From: an uncultured Candidatus Saccharibacteria bacterium
Lineage (GTDB): Bacteria; Patescibacteriota; UBA1384; XYA2-FULL-43-10; 1-14-0-10-43-13
DNA length: 64,000 bases
Assembly (NCBI GenBank): GCA_964628585.1
Contig: CAZVMH010000002.1
Span: forward strand, 97,751-161,750
Reading direction: 5' to 3'
A program made the position numbers and the translations under genes. Position 1 is the first letter of the stretch, and each line of letters begins with the position of its first letter. Below the pieces are notes generated by a model. It had not been told where the DNA came from. It did no database searches and saw only the letters and a program-made list of their open reading frames with translations. This document shows positions 1 through 10,000 of the stretch, in pieces.

Positions 1-520
1 AGATTTTTTCACGCATTCTACCCTCGTGTCCAGCAAGGCCTTTCCATGCTTCAGCGAAACTACGGCCAACAGCAGAACCACCAATCATCCAACCGGCAAC
101 TGCTCCTGTACCGCCAGTTGCAAGTCCAAGTAGAGAAGCAATTGCGGCAGTTTTGCCTGTCTTCCAGCCAACATTGGCAACCCTTCTTAAAATTTCGTTT
201 CCAATGTTATGTCTTGCTGTTCCAGTTGCTGCATCATATGTAAAATCGTCCTCGCCACCAAGGAATAATCTCATTCTGTTCCACCACATATCCAGATTTC
301 TGTCACCATATAATTGTTGCAGTCGTTCTGTTCTTTGTGTGGCTTCCCATTGACCAGATCTGACTCTTTCAACCAAACTATTTATTTCTTCGTTTCTGGC
401 ATAATTGTCTTCACGCTCAATTTGACCGGCACCAGGACCTGGTACGGCAGGAGCGTCTTTATTTTCCGAATCTACAACGTTTTCAATATACGGACTATCG
501 TCTCTTTCGGGACTTGCCAT
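1..520 (-). CDS. hypothetical protein, 3' end truncated by window edge; C-terminal Gly/Ala-rich glycine-zipper-like hydrophobic segment
   Basis: ATG at 520..518 (rc) opens a reading frame with no stop through position 1. The manual translation reads MASPERDDSPYIENVVDSENKDAPAV...GWKTGKTAAIASLLGLATGGTGAVAGWMIGGSAVGRSFAEAWKG. Its start overlaps the stop of the upstream gene as TAATG. Confidence 0.45.
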   Translation of the reverse strand, partial: MASPERDDSPYIENVVDSENKDAPAVPGPGAGQIEREDNYARNEEINSLVERVRSGQWEATQRTERLQQLYGDRNLDMWWNRMRLFLGGEDDFTYDAATGTARHNIGNEILRRVANVGWKTGKTAAIASLLGLATGGTGAVAGWMIGGSAVGRSFAEAWKGLAGHEGRMREKI

Positions 521-864
521 TACTCCTCCTTATCTTGCATCAGCTGAACCATTTCCATTTTATAGATAATCGATTCCTGTGCGTAAATTTGGTCCACGTT
601 AATATTTAGTCCTTTCATATATTGATCAAACTCCTCTTTGCTGGCTCTCTTTACAATTTCTTTTAGCTTTTTAGCCTCTTCGTCACTAAGTTGGTCATCG
701 ATTTTTGCAATAACTCTTGTTTCAATTGTTTCAATCATGCTCTTGTAGATCTGTTGTTTCTGTTCTTCTGGCATTTCTTTTGCTCCCATCAATTCCAGAA
801 TATCCTTATCAATAATTTCGTCTGCTGTATACTTATTTTTTCCTGTTTGTGCATTTGAGTCCAT
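520..864 (-). CDS. hypothetical small acidic protein (114 aa)
   Basis: ORF track. Its stop TAA overlaps the ATG of the downstream minus-strand ORF as TAATG. I recognise no domain. Confidence 0.5.
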   Translation of the reverse strand: MDSNAQTGKNKYTADEIIDKDILELMGAKEMPEEQKQQIYKSMIETIETRVIAKIDDQLSDEEAKKLKEIVKRASKEEFDQYMKGLNINVDQIYAQESIIYKMEMVQLMQDKEE

Positions 865-989
865 AAAATTCCTTTTTTAATCTAATTGTTTATATTTTAC
901 CATAAAATGATATTTGAATATATCAAAATGGTTTACTTAAAGGAATTTCTGCAATATAATGTAATAAATACTCAAATGGAGGGTTTTTT

Positions 990-2603
990 ATGTTTGCGGT
1001 TAATTTACCAAACAAAAATTTAACTGAACGCCATCTTGGGCCAGAGGGGATCAGTAATTTAAGGTCTCAAATTGATAATGGTATACCTGTTCCTCAAGAG
1101 GACATCGATTTGATGTATGATGAAATTTCAAAGAAAATATTGTCAGATATTGACTCAAATTCAGATCTGAAATCGGAAACTGCAGAAAATATTCGAACAG
1201 CGGTGCCGTTTGAGGCGACTGATATGGGTCCGGATAAAGATGGTGAATCAGTAAAGCCAGAAGTTGTGGATAAGTCAGAATCAAAAGAGGATATCGAAAA
1301 AGAACGGGCCGAGTTGCGAGAACAAATTGAACATTACAACGAATATGTTCAGGAAGCACTCGATGCTGAAACAAAAATTAAAGACCTAGGAGATCAAGCG
1401 GGGATTGCAAAGGATGAAATAATTGCAGCTATTGTCAATGTGGAGGATCCTTTCTTTCATCCAGCAACACCAGGTTTAGTTAGAAGCCGACTTTTGACAG
1501 AACGATCAAGAATTGCAGGTGGAGACGACAAACTTAGTCAATTAAAAGAGCAATGTGACCAAAAATTGGGCAGTTTGGCTAGTCTAGGCGAAAAGATCGA
1601 AGCAGTTCGAGAACAAATTAACTCACTATTCAAAAGTATGTTATCAGCGTGCAGGGGCCAGAAAGAAGTGGCAGATCTGCGTGATTTTATTAATGAAATT
1701 AGATTTTATGATCAGGAACTTCAAATATTACAGAGAGATGAAGTTGAGGCGCGTTATCGCGATATGAAGGAGGGTCTAGGGGCAGATTGTGCTGCCAGAA
1801 TGGTGGAAATTTCAAAAACTAATAAATCAATAAAGGAAACCGTGGAGGAACCCGTGCCTAGCGTAATAGAACGAAAACCTAAAGAATCTACAGATCAGAC
1901 TCAAGCCATTGTTCAGGAAACTACAGGGACAGGTCAGGGCGTTGGATTTGAAACATTTGTTCCAAATCAACAACCAGTAGTAGAGACAGGAGCAGTCCAA
2001 GAAGACAAAAGTTTTGGACCAAATCAAGACATAAAGTTGCCGGGTGTGACAGAGGGTTCTATTGAAAACGAACAGAAGATTGCGAAGATTCAAGAAGAGC
2101 TCAAGGAGCCACCACTTCAAATGCCAACTTCTCCGCAAGATGCTGATACTGCCAAACCAGAAGGCACTTCAACGGGAGAGGGTGTAGAGCAAATTGCCGA
2201 TTTAGAGGGGCATACAATGGAAGTTGATTATCAACATCCTCAAGACGGAGCTGGTGTTACTGTAAATGCTCCGGAAAAAGTTGCGACCGAAGAGTCTACT
2301 CTGCCAGAGGCTCCAACGGTCGCGGAAAATCAAACTGTTGGTGTCAGTACCGATCAGCCCGCTCCAGAAGCACAAGTTCAGACTCCAATTCAACCCGAAG
2401 TACCTGTGGTGGCATCACCAGAACAATCAAAAGAAGTTGTATCTTCGGAAACTCCAGTAAAAGAGAAACAAAAAGGTGGTATAGGAGCTTTCTTAGGAAG
2501 ATTTTTAAAGAAAAATCATGATCCGACATCAAATGAAGCGGCAGAATTAGACAAAATGGTAACAGAGGAAAGAAAAGAGGCGGGGACCGCTCAACAAGAA
2601 TAA
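990..2603 (+). CDS. acidic, low-complexity coiled-coil protein (537 aa), E/Q/P/T-rich, with a short amphipathic basic C-terminal segment
   Basis: ORF track. A GGAGGG Shine-Dalgarno sits 7 nt upstream of the ATG. It is first in a co-directional plus-strand cluster with the two T4CP-like genes. Confidence 0.6.
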   Translation: MFAVNLPNKNLTERHLGPEGISNLRSQIDNGIPVPQEDIDLMYDEISKKILSDIDSNSDLKSETAENIRTAVPFEATDMGPDKDGESVKPEVVDKSESKEDIEKERAELREQIEHYNEYVQEALDAETKIKDLGDQAGIAKDEIIAAIVNVEDPFFHPATPGLVRSRLLTERSRIAGGDDKLSQLKEQCDQKLGSLASLGEKIEAVREQINSLFKSMLSACRGQKEVADLRDFINEIRFYDQELQILQRDEVEARYRDMKEGLGADCAARMVEISKTNKSIKETVEEPVPSVIERKPKESTDQTQAIVQETTGTGQGVGFETFVPNQQPVVETGAVQEDKSFGPNQDIKLPGVTEGSIENEQKIAKIQEELKEPPLQMPTSPQDADTAKPEGTSTGEGVEQIADLEGHTMEVDYQHPQDGAGVTVNAPEKVATEESTLPEAPTVAENQTVGVSTDQPAPEAQVQTPIQPEVPVVASPEQSKEVVSSETPVKEKQKGGIGAFLGRFLKKNHDPTSNEAAELDKMVTEERKEAGTAQQE

Positions 2604-2614
2604 AGGGTATCATA

Positions 2615-2700
2615 CCTCAGGGCAAGCCCTGCACTCTGTTCCGATTCATCGGAACATGTTGCCCCTACAAGTCGGGGCGGTATTTCACCTTTTTACGCAC
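2615..2700 (+). terminator. GC-rich multi-hairpin element followed by a T-run, downstream of the 990..2603 gene
   Basis: Three consecutive hairpins: cagggcaagccctg, ttccgattcatcggaa and cccctacaagtcgggg. They are followed by cacctttttacg, in an otherwise AT-rich context. Confidence 0.4.
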
Positions 2701-2730
2701 TGAATTCTTTACTAAGATATCTTGTAATAA

Positions 2731-5277
2731 ATGAATCAATACAGTTATTCAAATGGAGGATATAATAGCGGAGTCGAATCAGCCGGCCTTGCCTGGTGGA
2801 TTTTTGCGTTAATTAGTATTGCAATTGGAATTTTGGGCTATATCGCGTATTTAGCGATTCGTAAATCAATAATTCGCAAAAATCAAATTGCTCTGACTCG
2901 TGATTGGGTAATGTATAAAATCTCTGTACCAAAGGAGTTTCATGCCGAGGAAGATGATCAGCGTAAAAATTTTCAAGAAATGATGGCAGTGGTAGAACCA
3001 TTTTATGCTAACCTAAATTCAATTTTTACTGATTCAATTGAAAAAAAATGGACCGGACAGGATCACATCTCATTAGAAATTATTGCAAAAAACAATTTGA
3101 TATACTTTTATGTCGGTTGTCCTAGAAGGATCTCTGAAATTGTAGTAAAAAATCTGCATGCCCAGTATCCACACGCCGAAATTGTATTAGACGATCAATA
3201 TTCAATATTTCCAGATAAACCTCTCAAAATTGGAGCGGCTATTTTGGGGTTAAAAAAGCCATTTATGTTTCCAATAAAAACGTATCGACTTTTGGAAGAA
3301 GACCCGCTTAATGCAATAACTAATTCTCTTTCAAAATTTAAGGAAGATGAATCAGCTGGAATTCAATTTTTACTTCGGCCAGCTAACTCAATGTGGCGTA
3401 TTGCGGTAGAGAGAACTGCCTACAATCTTCAACATGGTAAAGTGAAAATTACTTCAAACTCTCCAGGGTTAAAGGCAATGGATACTATTTTTAATGTTCT
3501 GGGATCGGTGGCAAAAACTGCGACGACAGGAGACTCAGAATCGAAAAAAGACGGATTGATCGACGAGAATAAGTTAACTCCAATGCAGGAGAGTCAGGTT
3601 AAATTACTTGGCGAAAAAGCCTCAAAACTTGGTTTTGAGTGCCAAATTCGTGTTATGACAGTATCACCAACACAGGAAATGGCAGATCAAAATGTGAAAG
3701 AAATCTGCTCCGCTTTTAGCCAATTTAACGCTCCTGAGTCCAACGGATTGGTGAAAAAAAGAGCTAAAAAGAAAGCGGAAGAAATTGCGAACTACGTTTT
3801 TCGTATTTTTGGACCCGGTAAAAGATTAATTCTAAACACTGAAGAGCTTTGCACAATATACCATTTACCAAACAGATTTTTAGAGGCACCTTCCATTGCT
3901 TGGCTTTTATCTAGAAAATCGGCTCCGCCGTTTAATCTACCAACCGAGGGGACGATCATTGGAAATAGTGTATTTAGAGGAGAGACAAAACCTATACGCA
4001 TGGCCGAAAAGGATAGATTGAGACATATTTATATGATAGGTAAAACTGGCGTAGGTAAAACAGTTTTGTTTCAGAATATGATTGCCCAAGATATTGCTGA
4101 AGGCAGGGGAGTATGCTACTTAGATCCGAATGGAGATGCAGCTGAGTGGATTTTGCGTCATGTGCCGAAGGAACGGGCAGACGATGTAATATATTTTGAT
4201 CCTTCCGATATTGAGAGACCTTTTGGCCTAAACATGCTTGAGTGGAAAACACCAGAGCAAAGAGACTTTTTGGTTCAGGAAGCAATTCAGATGTTTTACA
4301 AACTATTTGATCCAAATCAAACCGGTATGGTTGGGCCACAGTTTGAACATTGGATGCGAAACGCTTCGCTTACTTTAATGATGCATCCAGATGGTGGCAC
4401 TATCATTGATATCCCAAGACTTTTCACAGATCCAGATTTTGAAAAAGATAGAACAAAATATGTGACAGATCCGGTTGTAAAATCGTTTTGGGAGAAACAG
4501 ATGGCAAAGACAGCTGACTTTCACAAGTCTGAAATGTTAAACTACTTCACCTCGAAATTTGGTCGTTTTATGACCAACGATATGATGAGAAACATTTTGG
4601 GTCAAACTAAATCTTCGTTTGATTTTCGCGAAGTAATGGATAATAAAAAAATACTAATTTGTAATCTTTCTAAAGGAAAGATAGGGGAGATTAATACTTT
4701 TCTTTTAGGTATGATCATTGTTTCAAAGTTGGCGATGGGAGCATTTTCGCGTCAGGACATTAACGAAGAAGAGAGAGTACCATTTTTCTTATATGTAGAC
4801 GAGTTTCAGAACTTTATTACCGATGTCTTTGCCACAATACTTTCGGAATCCAGAAAATATAAATTGGCTCTCAACATTACAAATCAATATATTGCTCAGC
4901 TAGACGACAAGGTTCGCGAAGCAGTTATTGGTAATGCTGGTACCTTACTTGCTTTTAGAATTGGAGCAGCTGATGCAGAGTTTTTAATAAAAGAGTTCGA
5001 TCCTGTTAAGGCAGATGATATGACTAGTATCGATAAATACAATTTCTACATTAAGATGTTGATAGATGGTTCTCCGACAAAACCGTTCAATGGTTTAGGT
5101 ATTTGGCCAGACAATCCTGAAGGTAATATTGAATTAGGAAACTCTATAAGGGAATTGTCTCGTTTAAAGTTTGGTCGTCCCCGTGAAATTGTGGGTGCTG
5201 AAATTTTAGAACGGTCCAAAGTCGATGTTATAGATTTGCCAGGAATTGGGGCGACCGACAACAATTCAAAATTATAG
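2731..5277 (+). CDS. VirD4/TraG/TraD-family type IV coupling protein-like P-loop ATPase with N-terminal transmembrane helix and long novel N-terminal domain
   Basis: N-terminal hydrophobic helix WWIFALISIAIGILGYIAYLAI. Walker A is HIYMIGKTGVGKT. A DPNGD motif follows, matching the T4CP DPKGE motif. Walker B is YVDEFQNF, compared with the TraG-family DEFxxLG. Confidence 0.65.
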   Translation: MNQYSYSNGGYNSGVESAGLAWWIFALISIAIGILGYIAYLAIRKSIIRKNQIALTRDWVMYKISVPKEFHAEEDDQRKNFQEMMAVVEPFYANLNSIFTDSIEKKWTGQDHISLEIIAKNNLIYFYVGCPRRISEIVVKNLHAQYPHAEIVLDDQYSIFPDKPLKIGAAILGLKKPFMFPIKTYRLLEEDPLNAITNSLSKFKEDESAGIQFLLRPANSMWRIAVERTAYNLQHGKVKITSNSPGLKAMDTIFNVLGSVAKTATTGDSESKKDGLIDENKLTPMQESQVKLLGEKASKLGFECQIRVMTVSPTQEMADQNVKEICSAFSQFNAPESNGLVKKRAKKKAEEIANYVFRIFGPGKRLILNTEELCTIYHLPNRFLEAPSIAWLLSRKSAPPFNLPTEGTIIGNSVFRGETKPIRMAEKDRLRHIYMIGKTGVGKTVLFQNMIAQDIAEGRGVCYLDPNGDAAEWILRHVPKERADDVIYFDPSDIERPFGLNMLEWKTPEQRDFLVQEAIQMFYKLFDPNQTGMVGPQFEHWMRNASLTLMMHPDGGTIIDIPRLFTDPDFEKDRTKYVTDPVVKSFWEKQMAKTADFHKSEMLNYFTSKFGRFMTNDMMRNILGQTKSSFDFREVMDNKKILICNLSKGKIGEINTFLLGMIIVSKLAMGAFSRQDINEEERVPFFLYVDEFQNFITDVFATILSESRKYKLALNITNQYIAQLDDKVREAVIGNAGTLLAFRIGAADAEFLIKEFDPVKADDMTSIDKYNFYIKMLIDGSPTKPFNGLGIWPDNPEGNIELGNSIRELSRLKFGRPREIVGAEILERSKVDVIDLPGIGATDNNSKL

Positions 5278-5281
5278 TATT

Positions 5282-5305
5282 CAGATAACAGAATACAGAT
5301 AACAG
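5282..5305 (+). repeat. tandem direct repeat CAGATAACAG-aata-CAGATAACAG
   Basis: Seen directly, immediately after the stop of the first T4CP-like gene and upstream of a promoter-like TTGACG-N17-TAAGAT at 5355..5383. Confidence 0.6.
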
Positions 5306-5411
5306 CCACTATCTATAGTAGCGCATATTTGTAATGGTTAATCTGTTTTTTTGTTGACGAATTAAAGATTATATGGTAAGATATTTTCAAGTTCATAATA
5401 AAAAAACAAAA

Positions 5412-5912
5412 ATGGCAGAAGAAAAAGAATTACAAATTATCAGGCAGCTTTTAGATAACGTTGAAAACCAGATTCGTCAGGTTAGAAGTATTTTATTTGC
5501 AAAAGAGATAAACAAAAAAGCTAAAGCGCTTGATCTTGAATCTCAGGGGGATATTATTGAAGGTATTTATAGTGGCGAGGAAATGGTAGACGCTGAAGGT
5601 AAGAGTCATCCTGTTCCTCCAAACTATGCTTCAAAGTCCAAACTAGTGCCTGGTGATGTTCTGAAATTGACGATTCTTCCAGACGGTTCATTTATTTATA
5701 AACAGATAGGGCCAGTTAAAAGAAAAAAAATAGTGGGAGTATTGGAAGATATCGGAAAAGGAAAATTTGTAGTAAATGCTGATAACAAAAAATATCGTGT
5801 TCTTTATGCTTCAGTAACCTATTTTAAAGCAGTAGATGGTGACAATTTAACAATTATTGTTCCAGAAAAAGGCGAGTCAGAGTGGGCTGCAATTGAAAAT
5901 ATTATTAAATAA
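5412..5912 (+). CDS. hypothetical protein (about 167 aa)
   Basis: ORF track 5373..5912. The track ATG overlaps the putative -10 hexamer, so the downstream ATG at 5412 (MAEEKELQ...) is preferred. I recognise no domain. Confidence 0.45.
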   Translation: MAEEKELQIIRQLLDNVENQIRQVRSILFAKEINKKAKALDLESQGDIIEGIYSGEEMVDAEGKSHPVPPNYASKSKLVPGDVLKLTILPDGSFIYKQIGPVKRKKIVGVLEDIGKGKFVVNADNKKYRVLYASVTYFKAVDGDNLTIIVPEKGESEWAAIENIIK

Positions 5913-5938
5913 TACAAATATAATTAAATAAGAAAACT

Positions 5939-6967
5939 ATGGCAATCAAAAACTTTAGTCCTTACAAAATTGTAAATGAGGCAAAACAGAATTTAAAACC
6001 AAATGAGCAAAGAGTCACTTCTGGTCGTTTTGGTATCGGTGAAGAAAGAAAGACGTTGTCGTCTATCGGGAAGGAACTAAAGCTTTCCAGAGAACGTGTC
6101 CGTCAGATAGAGAAAGATGCCCTTAAAAAACTTTCTGTTTTAATTATTGAAAAAGAAAATATTAATATAGAAAATATTCTGACTGCTTTTGCTGAAGTCG
6201 GAGGCGTTGCTAAGCATGATCAGATTGCCGAAAAGTTTTTGGAAAAGATACAACATAAAGATATTAATGAATTTAATTCTTTAAACTTAATTTTTACCCT
6301 AATCCCACAACTTAAAAAAATTGAGAAGACAAAAGAATTGGAAGCAAGTTGGATTTTTTCTACGATTGACAAAGAAGATATTACCAAAGTTGTTGAAGAT
6401 TGGGCCAAACATCTTTCAAAAACAAAAACACCTGAAAGTGTAGATATTTTGCGAAATGTTAATCCCGAAAATGGAAAATATGAGATCACTTTTCTCTCAG
6501 AACTACCATTGGTTAGTAAAAAAATTATTAAAACTGAAGATGGCAAAATTGGTTTATCTTCTTGGCCAGAAATTAATCCGCGTAATGTTCGTGATAAAAT
6601 CTATTTTATTCTAAAAAAAGAAGGTAAACCTACTCACTTTGATGACATTGCAAAGAAAATTAACGCTGAGAATTTAGACGCAAAAAAAGTTGTAAGGGCA
6701 ACTGTTCATAATGAACTAATTGCTGACAAAAGATTCGTCTTAGTTGGCCGTGGCATATATGCTTTAACTGAATGGGGTTATAAGCCCGGTACAGTTAAAG
6801 ACATGATAGTAGAAACTCTAAAAAAACATCCAAATGGTATTTCTGCTAACCAAATTGTTGACGAGGTTTTAAAACAGAGAACAGTTAAAAAAAATACAAT
6901 TTTAATTAATTTGCAGACTAAATCTGATTTTATAAAAGTAGGGGATAAGTACTCTCTTAAATCGTAA
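5939..6967 (+). CDS. DNA-binding protein with N-terminal sigma-70 region-4-like HTH and C-terminal HARE-HTH-like domain
   Basis: The N-terminus RFGIGEERKTLSSIGKELKLSRERVRQIEKDALKKL matches the sigma-70 region 4.2 pattern. The C-terminus KRFVLVGRGIYALTEWGY matches the HARE-HTH signature (RFvrvgrGxWgLxeW). Confidence 0.55.
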   Translation: MAIKNFSPYKIVNEAKQNLKPNEQRVTSGRFGIGEERKTLSSIGKELKLSRERVRQIEKDALKKLSVLIIEKENINIENILTAFAEVGGVAKHDQIAEKFLEKIQHKDINEFNSLNLIFTLIPQLKKIEKTKELEASWIFSTIDKEDITKVVEDWAKHLSKTKTPESVDILRNVNPENGKYEITFLSELPLVSKKIIKTEDGKIGLSSWPEINPRNVRDKIYFILKKEGKPTHFDDIAKKINAENLDAKKVVRATVHNELIADKRFVLVGRGIYALTEWGYKPGTVKDMIVETLKKHPNGISANQIVDEVLKQRTVKKNTILINLQTKSDFIKVGDKYSLKS

Positions 6968-7061
6968 CCAGCTTTATTATGTCAGTAGTATAGATGTTTC
7001 TTTTGATGTATAATAAAAACAACGGTTAAATCAATCGGGGTTTTTTACATAAGAAAGTCAA

Positions 7062-10000
7062 ATGGAATACTTTGTTTTCGTTATAATAGCGGTTTTAATA
7101 GCGGTACCTTGGTACCTTATTTCTGCGATGAAAAAAACTAGAAACGAACAAAGGAAAATTGATTGGCACTCAAATTTAAAGTTAACTACTTTGCGCATTG
7201 ATGTGCCAAAAAATAATGATAAAGCGCCTCTTTCGGCTGAGCAGATGTTCGCTGCTATTCATGGTATATATTCAGCATCATCTTTAGAGCAATACCATTT
7301 AAGTTTTGAATTAGTAGCAAAAGATAAGTTTATTCAATTTTATGTCACAGTTCCTACTCACCTTAAAGATTTTGTTGAGGGACAAATTTATGCTCAGTAT
7401 CCAACAGTAGAGATAAGTGAAGTTCCAGACTTTACGACAGGCAAGAAAGCACACGAATTGAACTTTTCTCTTTGTGAACTAAAAATGACAAAACCGGATG
7501 TCTACCCAATTCGTTTTTTTGACAGTTTCGACGTAGATCCGCTTTCAGGCATTACTTCGGTGATGGGGAAGCTTGGTCAAAACGAAGAAGTTTGGTTTCA
7601 ACTAGTTACTAAGCCAGTTGGAGACGAGTGGCAAGACAAAGGCAATAGTATTGTAAGTAGTGTTCGTGCAGGTAAAAAACCTGGTGGTCAGGCGATATTT
7701 GATTCGTTTATTTCGGGATTTAAAAACTTTTTGAAAATATTTTTGGCTCATGCTATAAATCCTTCAGCTGAAATAGCAGAGGAAAAACCATCTGAAATAA
7801 AACTACCTTCAACCGTGGAAGAAGCACTCAAAGGGATAGAACAAAAAATTACAAAATTGGGGTTTGAGTCAAAAATTCGTATACTCTGTATTGCAAACGA
7901 TCCAATGACAGCCTCTGTAAAATGTCAGAGCATTGCGGCAGCTTTTAAACAATTTAACACTACAAATTTAAATGGTTTTGTTTCTGGCGAAATTAAAAAA
8001 AATGATTTCGATGCTTGGCAAATGTTTGTTAACAGGGAATTCGTAGATAAAGGTAATATTTTTAACATTTCAGAGTTAGCCTCTATCTATCACTTACCCA
8101 ATCAAACAGTTGAAACGCCAAATATAGTCTGGTCTGGTTTTAAGAAAGGCGAACCACCTGCAAACTTACCCCTTGATTCAAACACTCCAGCAGAAACTTT
8201 AACAGCAATCGGGTCTACAAATTTTAGAAATGTCTATGCTGATTTTGGTATTAAACTCGATGATCGAAGACGTCACATTTATATTATTGGTAAGTCAGGT
8301 ACAGGTAAATCTACTTTAATTGAAAATATGGCCATAGATGATGTTTATGAGGGCAGGGGAGTAATTATAGTTGATCCTCATGGAGAATTGGCGGAAAAAA
8401 TTTTATCATGCGTTCCAACAGAAAGAATTAAGGATGTAATAATTTTTGATCCATCTGATCGTGGTTTTCCAGTAGCATTCAACCTTTTAGAAATGGTAGA
8501 TGATGATTTTAAGGGCATGGTTGCTTCTGGTTTTGTCGGGATTTTTAAGAAAATCTTTGGTGAATCTTGGGGCCCTCGTCTAGAGCATATTTTACGAAAT
8601 ACCGTTTTGGCTTTACTTGATAATCCAAACTCAACAATGCTGGATATCCCAAGAATGTTGACAGACAATCACTTTCGAGACAAGGTTGTAACAAAAGTTA
8701 AAGATCCAGTGATTCGTGACTTCTGGGTTAATGAATTTGCTCAATATGATGCTAAATTTAGGACAGAAGCGGTTTCTCCAATTTTAAACAAGGTTGGTCA
8801 GTTTCTGGCAACTGCAACTATCAGAAATATTGTAGGGCAACCTCATTCCAAAATAAATATTCGTGAAATTATGGATCAGAAGAAGATACTGGTTGTTAAT
8901 CTATCTCGCGGAAAAATTGGTGAAGATAATTCTGCCTTACTTGGTGCCATGATGATTACAAAAATACAGCTTGCGGCAATGAGTCGAGCTGATGTTACAG
9001 TCGATAAAAGAGAAGATTGTTTTCTGTATGTAGATGAGTTTCAAAACTTTGCTACTGATTCCTTTGCCGTAATTTTGTCTGAGGCGAGAAAGTATAACTT
9101 GTGTTTGACAATGGCAAATCAATATATCGAACAGATGCCAGAAAGTGTTAGAAGTGCTGTTTTTGGTAATGCTGGTACAATAATTGCTTTTCGTGTTGGT
9201 GGAACCGACGCAAGCTTTTTAGTTCGAGAATTTGAGCCAGTTTTTGACGCAAATGATATGGTTAATCTAGATAAGTTTAATATTTATATTAAACTTTTGA
9301 TAGACGGTATTTCTGGACCAGCTTTTTCAGCAAGAACCTTCCCACCTGTGCAAAAAATTGCCGGAAATGCAGATGAAATTTTAACATATTCTAGAGATCA
9401 TTATTCTGCTCCACGTGCGCTAGTAGAAGAGAGAATTGCTAATCGAGATGAAGAAGAAAAGAAAGAAATGTTGGCAGAAGCAGAAGCATTTAAATCTGGT
9501 GGGCTAGAAGCTTTGTTGGTAAAAAAGGGGACAACACCAAACACAATACCACCTGCGGTTGAGACAATAGAACCAAAAGAAATTGTTCCAAAAAAAGAAG
9601 AAAAAGAGGAAAAAATTATTAAGGAAAAAACGGAAAAGAAACCATCAAAACCTCGAGTATTTAAATATCAAAATATTATTGGAGATAAAATCTATAAAGA
9701 ACAAACTGCTAAAGGGGGAGTGAAGTGGTTTATTGGTGAGAGTATAGATTGGGAAAAAATGAAAGAAACTGAGGTAGAAATTGGTCCTGAAGCTGAGAAA
9801 ACAATTGAACTAGCTAAAAAAGTTGCTCACGAATCGGAGCATAGATCTATTCATCAATCAGGTAGTCCATCAAAAATAGAGAAGAAAGAAGAAATCTCAA
9901 ATAGTGTAATCGAAGATAAAACACAAGAGGAAGAAACACAAGCACCCAATGTGAAAGAAGATAATATATCCGAAAAAAAACCAGTCGAAAAAATCGATGA

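Noticed and set aside
1051-2613. Antisense ORFs inside the 990..2603 gene (1051..1374, 1827..2138, 2202..2393 and 2344..2613 on the minus strand), and similar shadow ORFs opposite ftsZ, ftsA, clpC and hsdR
   Set aside because: They lie opposite strongly supported genes, are low-complexity or hydrophobic shadow translations, and have no SD or domain support.
6968-7061. Hairpin or terminator between the HTH gene and the second coupling ATPase (cggggtttttt)
   Set aside because: I could not find a convincing complementary stem. It is probably just a T-run near an extended -10 (TGTATAAT) promoter.
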